Notes: generated by a model not told the origin, from the letters alone. Positions 6,794 to 15,476 are shown, counted from the first letter of the stretch. The stretch is 24,000 bases of DNA from an uncultured Clostridia bacterium (GCA_944383305.1 CALWOZ010000001.1:5026-29025); one strand, 5' to 3'. Translations and numbers: made by a program.

Positions 6794-8306
6794 AATAGCT
6801 GTTTATACTAGAATTTCTATTAAAGATAAAAAGTGTAACGATGAAACACAAAGTATAAAAAATCAAAGAGATATTATAGAAAATTTTATAAAAAATAATA
6901 GTGATATTTGTTCAAGTGATATTTTCTATTATAGCGATGAAGGTTATTCTGGCAGAACATTTAAACGACCATATTTTGAAAAATTAATAGAAGATGCAAA
7001 AAAAGGTAAGATAAATTGCATTATAGTAAAGGATTTATCAAGGTTTGGGCGTGATTATATAGAGGTAAATACTTATTTAGATAAAGTTTTTCCATTCTTG
7101 AATGTAAGGTTTATATCTATAAATGATAATTATGACAGTAATAACAACAAAAATAAAACATTAGAATTAGATGTATCTTTCAAAAATTTACTCTATAATT
7201 ATTATAGCAAAGATTTATCTAACAAAGTAATAACAGGTATAAAAAATAAAGCTAGACAGGGAGAATACATAAGAATTAACGTACCTTTTGGATATAAGAA
7301 AAATAGTGAAACAAAAAAGGTTGAAATAGATGAAGAAACAGCACCTATTGTTAAAATGATATTTGAAATGGTGGCAGAAGGTAAAACATTTTCGGAGGTT
7401 TGTGATTTTCTAAATAAAAATAAAATTCCAACTAGAAGTGAATTTAAAATGAAAAATGGAGCAGTTAAAAACTATCCTCATTTAAAACAAAATAAAATTT
7501 GGAGAAACTTTGATTTAATATCAATGCTACAAAATGAAATATATATGGGAACTTTAGTTTTATTTAAAACTAAAAAGCTAAAATGTGGACACAGAAAAAG
7601 AATAAAATCTGATGAAGATGAAGTTATTGTAAAGGAAAATATATATCCACCAATAATATCAGAAGAGCTATTTTTTAAAGTTAATGCCAATAGAAAAAAA
7701 TATGCTCCTACTAGAGATATTAAAAATATATTTGCATACAAATTAAAATGCGGGCATTGTGGCTATGCATTAAAAAATACAGAGTTAAAAAAACATAATG
7801 AAGTTTTTGATAAAAAATACTACTGTAATAGTAAAAATGAATTGTATATAAAAAATTGCAAAAATACTCACATAAAAGAAAGTGAGCTAAAAAGAATAGT
7901 CTTTAACAGTTTTAGAAATGAAATATTGTTAAGATTAGAAGAAGATGAGCTAAAATCAAATTTGTTAAATTTAAAAACAGATTTAAAAAAATTAAGCAAG
8001 GAAGTGAATAATTTAAAAAGTGAAAAAAGAAATTTATATGAAATTTACTTAAATCAACAAATAAGTAAAGATGAGTATGTAATCCAAAAAAATGAAAAAG
8101 AAATATCTATACAAAATACACAAAAGCAAATACAGTTATTACAAGAAGAAATATTTGCACTTGAAAATATAACTGATGAGAATAAATTGTTTGAAAAATA
8201 TATAAAATCTAGTGAACTTACTAGAGAAATGGTTGAAGCTTTCGTTGATTGTATTTATCTGTATGATGATGCAGTAAATATAAAATGGAGCTTTAAAAAA
8301 ATATAA
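6783..8306 (+). CDS. Large serine recombinase, type C (C1)
   Basis: 507 aa. Motifs are IAVYTRIS, VKDLSRFGRD, CGHCGYAL...C...C and the tail LTREMVEAFVDCIYLY. It overlaps B1 by 11 nt. Confidence 0.9.
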   Translation: MQYKIAVYTRISIKDKKCNDETQSIKNQRDIIENFIKNNSDICSSDIFYYSDEGYSGRTFKRPYFEKLIEDAKKGKINCIIVKDLSRFGRDYIEVNTYLDKVFPFLNVRFISINDNYDSNNNKNKTLELDVSFKNLLYNYYSKDLSNKVITGIKNKARQGEYIRINVPFGYKKNSETKKVEIDEETAPIVKMIFEMVAEGKTFSEVCDFLNKNKIPTRSEFKMKNGAVKNYPHLKQNKIWRNFDLISMLQNEIYMGTLVLFKTKKLKCGHRKRIKSDEDEVIVKENIYPPIISEELFFKVNANRKKYAPTRDIKNIFAYKLKCGHCGYALKNTELKKHNEVFDKKYYCNSKNELYIKNCKNTHIKESELKRIVFNSFRNEILLRLEEDELKSNLLNLKTDLKKLSKEVNNLKSEKRNLYEIYLNQQISKDEYVIQKNEKEISIQNTQKQIQLLQEEIFALENITDENKLFEKYIKSSELTREMVEAFVDCIYLYDDAVNIKWSFKKI

Positions 8307-8324
8307 AAATTTTTATGTCCTTTA

Positions 8325-9503
8325 TTGACAATACCTTATTTAAGAGATATATCATTGAAAATTAGAAGTAGCTTTGATATTAAAAGAAAAAATGGAGATT
8401 TTATAGGCTCTTTTGCAACTTATGGATATTTAAAAGACCCTAATAATAAAAATAAGCTTATTGTAGATGAAGTTGCATCTAAAGTAGTTAAAGAAATTTT
8501 TAAATATAAATTGTGTGGATTAAGCGCTGATAAAATAGCTAAAAAACTAAATGAAAACGGTATATTATCTCCTATGGAATATAAAAAATCAATAGGATTA
8601 AACTTTAATACAGGATTTAAGAAAAGAGCAAAGTGTATTTGGAGTGCTAAAGCTATTTTTCGTATATTAGAAAATCCTATATATATTGGAACACTTGAAC
8701 AAAATAAGGTTACTACACCTAATCATAAGATTAAAAAAATAATTAATGTACCAAAAGAAGAACGTATAATAGTAGAAAATAACCACCAGCCTATTATAGA
8801 AAAAGATATTTTTGAAAATGTACAAAGACTAATGTTATTAGATACAAGAATAGCACCTAATAAGGAACAATTATATTTATTAAGTGGTATTATAAACTGT
8901 TTAGAATGTGGATCTAATTTAGTAAGAAAAAATAATGGAACTAAAGATAAGCCATATATTTATTATATTTGTAATAATGCAAAAAATAAAAAAGGTTGTG
9001 TTGGGGCTAATATTAAAGAAAATATATTAGAAAATATAATTTTTGAAGTTATAAAAAGCCATATAAACAGTATTATAAATTTAGAAAAAATAATAAATAT
9101 AATAAACAACTTACCTTATACAACAAGAGAAATTAAAAAATTTAACAAAATGATTAACACTAAAAAAGAAGAATTATTAAAATATAAAAATATTAAACTA
9201 AAAATATATGAAGATTTAAAAAGTGGATTATTAACTCAAGAAGAATATAGAGAATTTGTTGACTTATATACCAATAGAATAAAAGAAAATGAAAGTTTAA
9301 TATTAAAATTTGAAAAAGAAATAAAAATACTATTAGACAAATCAAGCCCTAACCAATTATGGATACAACATTTTAAAAAATATAAAAATATACAAAAATT
9401 AGACAGAGAAATAGTTGTAAATTTAATTGAAAAAATAGAAGTAAATAAAAATAAAGTAATAAATATTCATTTTAAATATAAAGATGAATTAGCACTAAAA
9501 TAA
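8325..9503 (+). CDS. N-terminally truncated type-A large serine recombinase paralog (dA2) lacking the catalytic domain; probable remnant
   Basis: The intact 392-codon ORF aligns with A1 from about residue 148 onward (YLRDISLKIRSSFDIKRKNGDFIGSFATYGYLKDPNNKNKLIVDE versus YLRDTSIKIRSSLDIKRKKGDFIGSFASYGYLKDPNNKNKLIVDE). The recombinase domain, zinc ribbon, coiled coil and tail are retained. The catalytic-Ser and SRFGR motifs are absent. It has only a TTG start and no SD. Confidence 0.8.
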   Translation: MTIPYLRDISLKIRSSFDIKRKNGDFIGSFATYGYLKDPNNKNKLIVDEVASKVVKEIFKYKLCGLSADKIAKKLNENGILSPMEYKKSIGLNFNTGFKKRAKCIWSAKAIFRILENPIYIGTLEQNKVTTPNHKIKKIINVPKEERIIVENNHQPIIEKDIFENVQRLMLLDTRIAPNKEQLYLLSGIINCLECGSNLVRKNNGTKDKPYIYYICNNAKNKKGCVGANIKENILENIIFEVIKSHINSIINLEKIINIINNLPYTTREIKKFNKMINTKKEELLKYKNIKLKIYEDLKSGLLTQEEYREFVDLYTNRIKENESLILKFEKEIKILLDKSSPNQLWIQHFKKYKNIQKLDREIVVNLIEKIEVNKNKVINIHFKYKDELALK

Positions 9504-9513
9504 TAGGTGACTA

Positions 9514-11094
9514 ATGGCTAGAAAAAGTAGAAAAAATTTAAAAGAAATTAAATTTATAACAAATAAGGAAATATACAATGTAGGAATTTATTTAAGAATA
9601 TCTGTACTTGACAAAGAAGATACAGATACAATAGAAAATCAAAAAAATATAATTTTAGATTATATAAAAGATAAAGAAGAATTTAAGTTAGTTGAAATTT
9701 ATGAAGATAGTAATAAAACTGGTACAAACTTTAACAGAGGTGGATTTAAAAATCTTTTAGAAGATATAAAAATTGGTAAAATAAATTGTATAATAGTAAA
9801 GGATTTATCACGTTTTGGAAGAAACTATATTGAATGTGGAAATTATCTTGAAAAAATATTTCCATTTATGAATATAAGATTTATAGCTATAAATGATAAT
9901 TATGATAGTAAAAATGAAAATTCTAGCGAAATATTAATAATGCACTTAAAAAATATCGTAAATGAAATTTATGCTAAAGATATTTCAAAAAAGGTTAGTA
10001 CAGTATTTAGAGAAAAACAAAAAAGAGGAGAGTTTATAGGAACTTGGGCAAGTTATGGATATTTAAAAAGTCCTAATAATAAAAATAAGCTTATAATTAA
10101 TGAAGAAACCTGTCATATTGTTAAAGAAATTTTTAATTTAAGACTAGAAGGATATAGTTATAATAAAATAGCTTTATTTTTAAATCAAAAAAATATTTTA
10201 TCACCATATGCTTATTTATATAGTAAAGGATTTATTAAAAATACTAGATTTAAAGATACTAAATGGCTTGAAACAACAGTAAAAAAAATATTATCAAATG
10301 AAATTTATATAGGTAATTTAGTCCAAAGAAAATATAAAACTATATCAAATAGAAAAAGAGAAAAAAACAATATAGAAGATTATATTATTGTTGAAAATAC
10401 ACACCAACCTATAATTTCAAAAGAAACTTTTTATAAAGTTCAAGAGATAAATAAAAAAAGTAGACAAATATATTATAATAAAAATAAAAAAACTAAGTCT
10501 AATGAAAACATATTTAAAAAATATATAAAATGTGGCGAATGTGGTAAAAATTTAATAAAAAGACAAAAAGAGAGTAATTATATATATACTTTTTTTGAAT
10601 GTAAATCTCATAGGATAAATGGGTGTAAATTTACTACTATTAAAGCCCATTATGTTGAAGAAATAGTATTTAATCAAATAAAAAATCAAATAGAAATTAA
10701 TATAAATTTAAAAAGTATATTAAATAAAAATAGTACTTATTTAGAAGAAAATATATTAAATAATAAGATTGAAAATATGGAAAAAGAACTTATAAAAATA
10801 AAAGACTTTTATAAAATAATATATGAAGATTACATAAATAAAACTCTATCACAAGAAGAATATATTTTTAATAAAAATTCATATTTGCAAAAAGAAAAAG
10901 TTTTATTAAAAAAGAAACAATTATTAGAAATAGAACTAATAAATATAAAAAATAGTTTAAATATACAAAACAAATGTTTAAAAGAATTTTTTGAACTTAA
11001 AAAATTAACAAGAGAATTAATAGAAATTTTAATAAAAGAAATTGTTATATCTAAAGATAAAACTATAAAAATATATTTTAATTATAAAAATTAA
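9514..11094 (+). CDS. Large serine recombinase, type B paralog (B2)
   Basis: 526 aa. It begins MARKSRK like B1. Motifs are VGIYLRIS, VKDLSRFGRNYIECGNYLEKIFPF (near-identical to B1), CGECGKNL...C....C and the tail LTRELIEILIKEIVIS..IKIYFNY. Confidence 0.9.
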   Translation: MARKSRKNLKEIKFITNKEIYNVGIYLRISVLDKEDTDTIENQKNIILDYIKDKEEFKLVEIYEDSNKTGTNFNRGGFKNLLEDIKIGKINCIIVKDLSRFGRNYIECGNYLEKIFPFMNIRFIAINDNYDSKNENSSEILIMHLKNIVNEIYAKDISKKVSTVFREKQKRGEFIGTWASYGYLKSPNNKNKLIINEETCHIVKEIFNLRLEGYSYNKIALFLNQKNILSPYAYLYSKGFIKNTRFKDTKWLETTVKKILSNEIYIGNLVQRKYKTISNRKREKNNIEDYIIVENTHQPIISKETFYKVQEINKKSRQIYYNKNKKTKSNENIFKKYIKCGECGKNLIKRQKESNYIYTFFECKSHRINGCKFTTIKAHYVEEIVFNQIKNQIEININLKSILNKNSTYLEENILNNKIENMEKELIKIKDFYKIIYEDYINKTLSQEEYIFNKNSYLQKEKVLLKKKQLLEIELINIKNSLNIQNKCLKEFFELKKLTRELIEILIKEIVISKDKTIKIYFNYKN

Positions 11095-11116
11095 TAATTG
11101 AAAGTTAAATAGGTTG

Positions 11117-11165
11117 TATACTGTTTAGATTTAGTTATTTTTTAACCTACACTAAAAACAGTATA
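11117..11165. repeat. Perfect 10-bp inverted repeat separated by 29 bp, at the end of the recombinase array
   Basis: TATACTGTTT (11117-11126) is the reverse complement of AAACAGTATA (11156-11165). No T run follows, so it is not a typical terminator. Confidence 0.6.
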
Positions 11166-11166
11166 A

Positions 11167-11206
11167 TAAAAGAGTTAATTTTTAATATATAAAAATTAAC
11201 TCTTTT
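11167..11206. terminator. Bidirectional terminator between B2 and the convergent symporter gene
   Basis: AAAAGAGTTAATTTTT (11167-11182) pairs with AAAAATTAACTCTTTT (11191-11206), giving 16 perfect bp and an 8-nt loop. A/T runs are built into both arms. Confidence 0.75.
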
Positions 11207-11225
11207 ATTATTAATTTCAATTAAT

Positions 11226-12587
11226 TTATTTAATTTGTCTTTTATAAATTTCCTCATTTAAATTATTTTCAGATTTAGAAACAATTAAAGCGGTTCCAGC
11301 ATCACCAACTACGTTTAAAGCAGTTACTAACATATCCATAGGTCTATTAATAGCAATAATTAAAGAGTATGCTATTAAGCTGGCTTCATTATTATATCCC
11401 ATAGCAGTTAGTATGGAGAATAAGATAATTGTTGAAGAACCAGGAATAGATGGAGTTCCAATAGATGCCATTAGTGCTAAAAATGAAATTAAAATAATAT
11501 TAAAAAAAGTTACATTATATCCAGCACTAGATGCAATAAACACCGTTGCTATAACCTGCATTATGGCAGTTCCGTTCATATTAACTGTCATACCTAATGG
11601 AAGGGTAAAAGATATTATCTCTTTATTAATTCCTAACTCCTCTTCACAAGTTTTTTCATTTAAAGACAAAGCAGCAGCAGAAGAGGCAGCAGAAACACCT
11701 AAAAGGGCAACTTTACTTATTTTTTTAATAAAAATAAAAGGATTTAGTTTTGTTTTAATATAAATATAGCTTGGATATCCTAAAATAAAAAATATAACAC
11801 AGCCTATTGTTGTAACTAACATATATGAAATAGCAGGTTTTAAGTGTTCTATACCATATATAGCAAATGTTCTCGAAATAAGGATAAAAATAGCAATAGG
11901 ACTAAATTTATTAATAATAAAGCTTAAAAATTCAGAAACTATACTATTAACATCTTCTAAAACATTTTTTATAACTAATATTTTATCATCTAATTTATTT
12001 ATACAAATACCTGTTATAATAGCTAAAAATACTATTGAAAGAACTCTAGAGTTTGTTGTAAAAACACTTAAAAAGTTATTAGGTACTGCGTCTAAAATAA
12101 TCATTAAAGGATTTGAACTAGAACTAGTAGCTTCAGAAGAAGAAATACCATTTATTTCAACTTTAAACATACTTAAATTATCTGCAATTAATCCTAAAAC
12201 ACAAGCTAAAGCTAAAGCTAATATATACATAATAAGAAAGTTAGAAACAGTCTTACCAGCTATTCTACCAAACTTTTTAGTATCTTTAATTTGACACATA
12301 GAAAGTGCTATTGAAGAAAATATTAAAGGAACAATAACAAGTTGTAACGAGTTTATAAAAAGTTGTCCTAAAATATAAAATAGTCCAATACTATTTGTAC
12401 CTTCGGCTACACTTATATCTTGAAATAAAATATTATTTATTATATCCCAAATATAAGAATAATCAGACTTTAATAAACTTTCTCTTAAAAACATAAAAAT
12501 AAGACCAACTATAACACCAAAACTTAAGGCTATACCCATTTTTTTAGCTAAAGTTTTGGGTTTTTTATTTTTTATATTATCTGACAT
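11226..12587 (-). CDS. Dicarboxylate/amino acid:cation symporter (DAACS/SDF family)
   Basis: 453 aa and polytopic. Family motifs are SSAAALSLNEK, GMTVNMNGTAIMQ, IPGSSTI and NVVGDAGTALIV. A GGGGGT SD lies 8 nt before the ATG. Confidence 0.85.
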   Translation of the reverse strand: MSDNIKNKKPKTLAKKMGIALSFGVIVGLIFMFLRESLLKSDYSYIWDIINNILFQDISVAEGTNSIGLFYILGQLFINSLQLVIVPLIFSSIALSMCQIKDTKKFGRIAGKTVSNFLIMYILALALACVLGLIADNLSMFKVEINGISSSEATSSSSNPLMIILDAVPNNFLSVFTTNSRVLSIVFLAIITGICINKLDDKILVIKNVLEDVNSIVSEFLSFIINKFSPIAIFILISRTFAIYGIEHLKPAISYMLVTTIGCVIFFILGYPSYIYIKTKLNPFIFIKKISKVALLGVSAASSAAALSLNEKTCEEELGINKEIISFTLPLGMTVNMNGTAIMQVIATVFIASSAGYNVTFFNIILISFLALMASIGTPSIPGSSTIILFSILTAMGYNNEASLIAYSLIIAINRPMDMLVTALNVVGDAGTALIVSKSENNLNEEIYKRQIK

Positions 12588-12629
12588 TAAATATTACCCC
12601 CTTTAAAATACATATTATTACAAATTAAT

Positions 12630-12658
12630 AGTATATTTATAAAATTAGACTTTGTCAA
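12630..12658 (-). promoter_or_regulatory. Candidate sigma-A promoter of the symporter gene
   Basis: On the minus strand, TTGACA (12658-12653), a 17-nt spacer, then TATACT (12635-12630). Confidence 0.5.
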
Positions 12659-12678
12659 GAATATAATTATTTAAAATG

Positions 12679-13566
12679 TTATAATGAAGAAGGATTTTTC
12701 TTTATGTATTCTAAAAATTTTTGTATAGCAGGTGGAAAGTATCTATTTTTTACATAAGCAAGGTATATATATCTTTTATAATTAAGTTCTTTAACTTTTA
12801 TTTGTTTAATATTATTATTTTTTAGTAAAGGTGTTTTTCCAACTAAAGCTATTCCAAAATTTTCAGCAACTAATCCTAATATAGCGTGTTCATTTTCTCC
12901 CTCAAATATAATATTTGGATTAATATTGTTATCATTAAATATTTTACAGGTTAGTTGACCTAATCCACTTTCTTTAAAATAAATAATAACATTATATTTT
13001 TCTATTTCTTTAATACTTATTTCTTTTTTGTCAGAAAGAGGGTGATTTTTGGGAACTATTAATACTAACTCTTGTTCTATTATAGGTTCAAAAATAATAT
13101 TTTCTTCGTTTTCCATATAGGAGCAAAACCCTAAATCATATTTTGAATTTTTAAGTCCCTCTATAATTTGTGAGGTTAATTCTTGTTTAAAAGAAAAAGA
13201 AATATTTTTATTTTCATTTTGGTCTAAAAAATTTCTAACTATTTTTGGTATATAAGAAGGAGCCAATGGGAATACATATGCTATATCTATATTTCCTCCT
13301 TTATTATTTGTTAAAGTTTTAATTTTATTTATACCAACTTCTAGTGTTTCTAAAGAACTTTCAACATATTCTAAAAATATTTTTCCATACTTTGTTAATT
13401 TTACATTTCTTCCTTGCTTTTCAAAAAGTTTTATTCCTAACTCATCTTCTAAGTTAGCCATAGATGCACTAAGACTAGGTTGAGATACATTTAATTTTTC
13501 TGATGCTATTCTAAAATGTTGTAAATTTGCAATTGTTTTAAAATAATAAAGTTGATTTAGATTCAT
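12679..13566 (-). CDS. LysR-family transcriptional regulator
   Basis: The N-terminal wHTH is MNLNQLYYFKTIANLQHFRIASEKLNVSQPSLSASMANLEDELGIKLFEKQGRNVKLT, followed by a substrate-binding fold. GGAGG lies 5 nt before ATG 13566 (the tracked TTG 13578 lies in the SD). It is divergent from the aroD operon. Confidence 0.9.
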   Translation of the reverse strand: MNLNQLYYFKTIANLQHFRIASEKLNVSQPSLSASMANLEDELGIKLFEKQGRNVKLTKYGKIFLEYVESSLETLEVGINKIKTLTNNKGGNIDIAYVFPLAPSYIPKIVRNFLDQNENKNISFSFKQELTSQIIEGLKNSKYDLGFCSYMENEENIIFEPIIEQELVLIVPKNHPLSDKKEISIKEIEKYNVIIYFKESGLGQLTCKIFNDNNINPNIIFEGENEHAILGLVAENFGIALVGKTPLLKNNNIKQIKVKELNYKRYIYLAYVKNRYFPPAIQKFLEYIKKNPSSL

Positions 13567-13607
13567 AAAAACCTCCAAAATAATTCAATAAATATATTAT
13601 AACAATA

Positions 13608-13659
13608 TTAATAAATAAAATCTATCAATTTATTAAAAAAATAGTATTAGATTTATTAA
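13608..13659. promoter_or_regulatory. Candidate LysR-type operator in the divergent intergenic region
   Basis: TTAATAAAT (13608-13616), N11, then ATTTATTAA (13628-13636) form a perfect 9-bp inverted repeat. A third ATTTATTAA half-site lies at 13651-13659, just upstream of TATAAT at 13666-13671. Confidence 0.4.
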
Positions 13660-13747
13660 AATGACTATAATATAATTAAAGAAAGTTAATCTATTAACAA
13701 ACAAAGTTTACTTTATATTAAATATTTTTTATCTTAAGGAGAATTTT

Positions 13748-14512
13748 ATGCAAAAATATATTCAAGTTAGAAATGTTAAAATTGGAGAGGGTATACCTAA
13801 AATTTGTGTACCTTTAGTTGCAAAAAACAAACAAGCATTTTTAGATATGGCAAAAGAATTAGAAAATATAAAATTAGATTTAGTTGAACTTAGAATAGAC
13901 CACTTTGAAGAAGTTGAAAACTTAGATAAAGTAAAAGAATTAGCAAAAGATTTAAGACAAGTTTTAAACGAAACTCCTATTCTTTTTACATTTAGAAGTC
14001 TTAAAGAGGGTGGAGAAAAAGAGGTAAGTGTAGAATATTATAAAAAGTTAAACATTGAAATGGCTAAAACAGGATATGTTGATTTAATAGACGTTGAACT
14101 TTTTACAGGTGATGAAATTGTTAAAGAAATAGTTTTAGAAGCTCATAATGTTAATGTAAAAGTTGTTATGTCTAATCACGATTTTGATAAAACACCAGAA
14201 AAAGATGAAATTGTTAAAAGACTTTGCAAAATGCAAGAATTAAATGCAGATTTACCTAAAATCGCAGTTATGCCTAAATCTACAACAGATGTTTTAACTC
14301 TTCTTTGTGCTACAGACCATATGGTTACAAAATATGCTAAAACACCAATTATTACAATGTCTATGGCTGGACTTGGCGTTATAAGTAGATTAGCAGGAGA
14401 AACATTTGGATCTGCATTAACATTTGGTGCAGCTAAGGTTTCATCTGCTCCAGGACAAGTAGAAGTTAATAAATTATCAGAAATTCTTGAAGTTTTACAC
14501 AATAGTAGATAG
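13748..14512 (+). CDS. aroD: 3-dehydroquinate dehydratase, type I
   Basis: 254 aa. Type I hallmarks are ELRIDHF, MSNHDFDKTP (catalytic His region), PKIAVMPKS (Schiff-base Lys) and ITMSMAGLGVISRL. An AAGGAG SD is present. Confidence 0.92.
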   Translation: MQKYIQVRNVKIGEGIPKICVPLVAKNKQAFLDMAKELENIKLDLVELRIDHFEEVENLDKVKELAKDLRQVLNETPILFTFRSLKEGGEKEVSVEYYKKLNIEMAKTGYVDLIDVELFTGDEIVKEIVLEAHNVNVKVVMSNHDFDKTPEKDEIVKRLCKMQELNADLPKIAVMPKSTTDVLTLLCATDHMVTKYAKTPIITMSMAGLGVISRLAGETFGSALTFGAAKVSSAPGQVEVNKLSEILEVLHNSR

Positions 14513-14579
14513 TTTATTATTATAAAAATTAATATTTATAAATATAATTAAATTTTTTATTTATTAGGAGGAAAAAATT

Positions 14580-15455
14580 ATGGCAGAAAGAATTTCAGGA
14601 CACACAGAACTTATAGGTCTTATAGCTACACCTATTAGACACTCAAGCTCACCAAAAATGCACAATGAGGCATTTGCAAAATTAGGTTTAGACTATGTTT
14701 ATTTAGCTTTTGAGGTTGGTACAGAACAGTTAGAGGATACTATTAAAGGCTTTAGAGCAATGAATATTAGAGGAAGTAATGTTTCTATGCCTAATAAAAC
14801 AGTTGTTCATAAATATTTAGATAAACTTTCTCCAGCAGCAGAGCTTTGTGGAGCAGTAAATACTATAGTAAACGATAATGGAGTTTTAACAGGTCATATT
14901 ACAGATGGTATTGGTTATATGAGTGCATTAAAAGATGCAGGTATTGACATTATTGGTAAAAAGATGACTATCGTTGGAGCAGGTGGAGCAGCAACAGCTA
15001 TTCAAGTTCAGGCTGCTTTAGATGGAGTTGCTGAAATCTCAATTTTTAACAGAAAAGATGAGTTTTATGCTAATGCAGAACAAACTGTTAAAAAATTAAG
15101 AGAAAAAACAAATTGTATTGTTAATTTATACGACTTAAGTGACTTAGATAAATTAAAAGAAGAAATATCTACAAGTGTTATTTTAACAAATGCAACTGGT
15201 GTTGGTATGAAACCATTAGAAGGTCAAACTTATATTCCAGATCCTTCTTTTTTAAGAGAAGACTTAATCGTTTCAGATATAGTTTATTCTCCTAGAGAAA
15301 CAGCTCTTTTAAAAATGGCTAAAGAAGCAGGGTGTAAAAAAACAATGAATGGTTTAGGAATGATGCTTTTTCAGGGTGCAGCAGCCTTTGAAATGTGGAC
15401 AGGTAAGCCAATGCCTATTGAATATATGAAAGAAATTTTAGACATTAAATATTAA
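14580..15455 (+). CDS. ydiB: Quinate/shikimate dehydrogenase (YdiB-type AroE paralog)
   Basis: 291 aa. The motifs SSSPKMHN, NVSMPNK, AVNTIVNDNGVLTGHITDGIGY, VGAGGAATAI, IFNRKDEFY, ILTNATGVGMKPLE and GLGMMLFQGAAAFEMWTGKPMPIEY closely track E. coli YdiB as I remember it. It sits next to aroD and an MFS gene, as in the E. coli ydiN-ydiB-aroD locus. Confidence 0.8.
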   Translation: MAERISGHTELIGLIATPIRHSSSPKMHNEAFAKLGLDYVYLAFEVGTEQLEDTIKGFRAMNIRGSNVSMPNKTVVHKYLDKLSPAAELCGAVNTIVNDNGVLTGHITDGIGYMSALKDAGIDIIGKKMTIVGAGGAATAIQVQAALDGVAEISIFNRKDEFYANAEQTVKKLREKTNCIVNLYDLSDLDKLKEEISTSVILTNATGVGMKPLEGQTYIPDPSFLREDLIVSDIVYSPRETALLKMAKEAGCKKTMNGLGMMLFQGAAAFEMWTGKPMPIEYMKEILDIKY

Positions 15456-15476
15456 TAACAACCTTTGGAGGCAAAA

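Larger units (their letters stand above)
1636..11166 (+). mobile_element. Integrative-element remnant(s) with a recombination/regulation module only: sigma r4 protein, non-coding block, DUF6870-like protein and five LSR genes
   Basis: The gene content is typical of the recombinase end of Tn1549/CTn-like clostridial elements. The left edge abuts a truncated RHS ORF and the right edge lies at an inverted repeat just before a convergent chromosomal gene. Exact ends are not determined. Confidence 0.6.

Noticed and set aside
4011-7741. Antisense ORFs inside the recombinase genes (4011-4271, 4851-5129, 5309-5599, 7478-7741)
   Set aside because: Each lies wholly within an LSR gene with clear domain motifs on the + strand. 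All are short and hydrophobic or low-complexity. These are typical shadow frames in AT-rich DNA.
8304-8327. C1 and dA2 are in the same frame, separated by a single TAA: programmed read-through fusion?
   Set aside because: Sharing a frame has a one-in-three chance. TAA is the most efficient stop. The six linker codons have no homology to A1, and a C1-dA2 fusion has no obvious logic. I recorded the observation under the dA2 finding only.
11413-11763. A + strand 116-aa ORF inside the symporter gene
   Set aside because: It is antisense to a well-supported transporter CDS, with no SD and no motif.
14176-14502. A minus-strand 108-aa ORF inside aroD
   Set aside because: It is a shadow of a motif-supported CDS.
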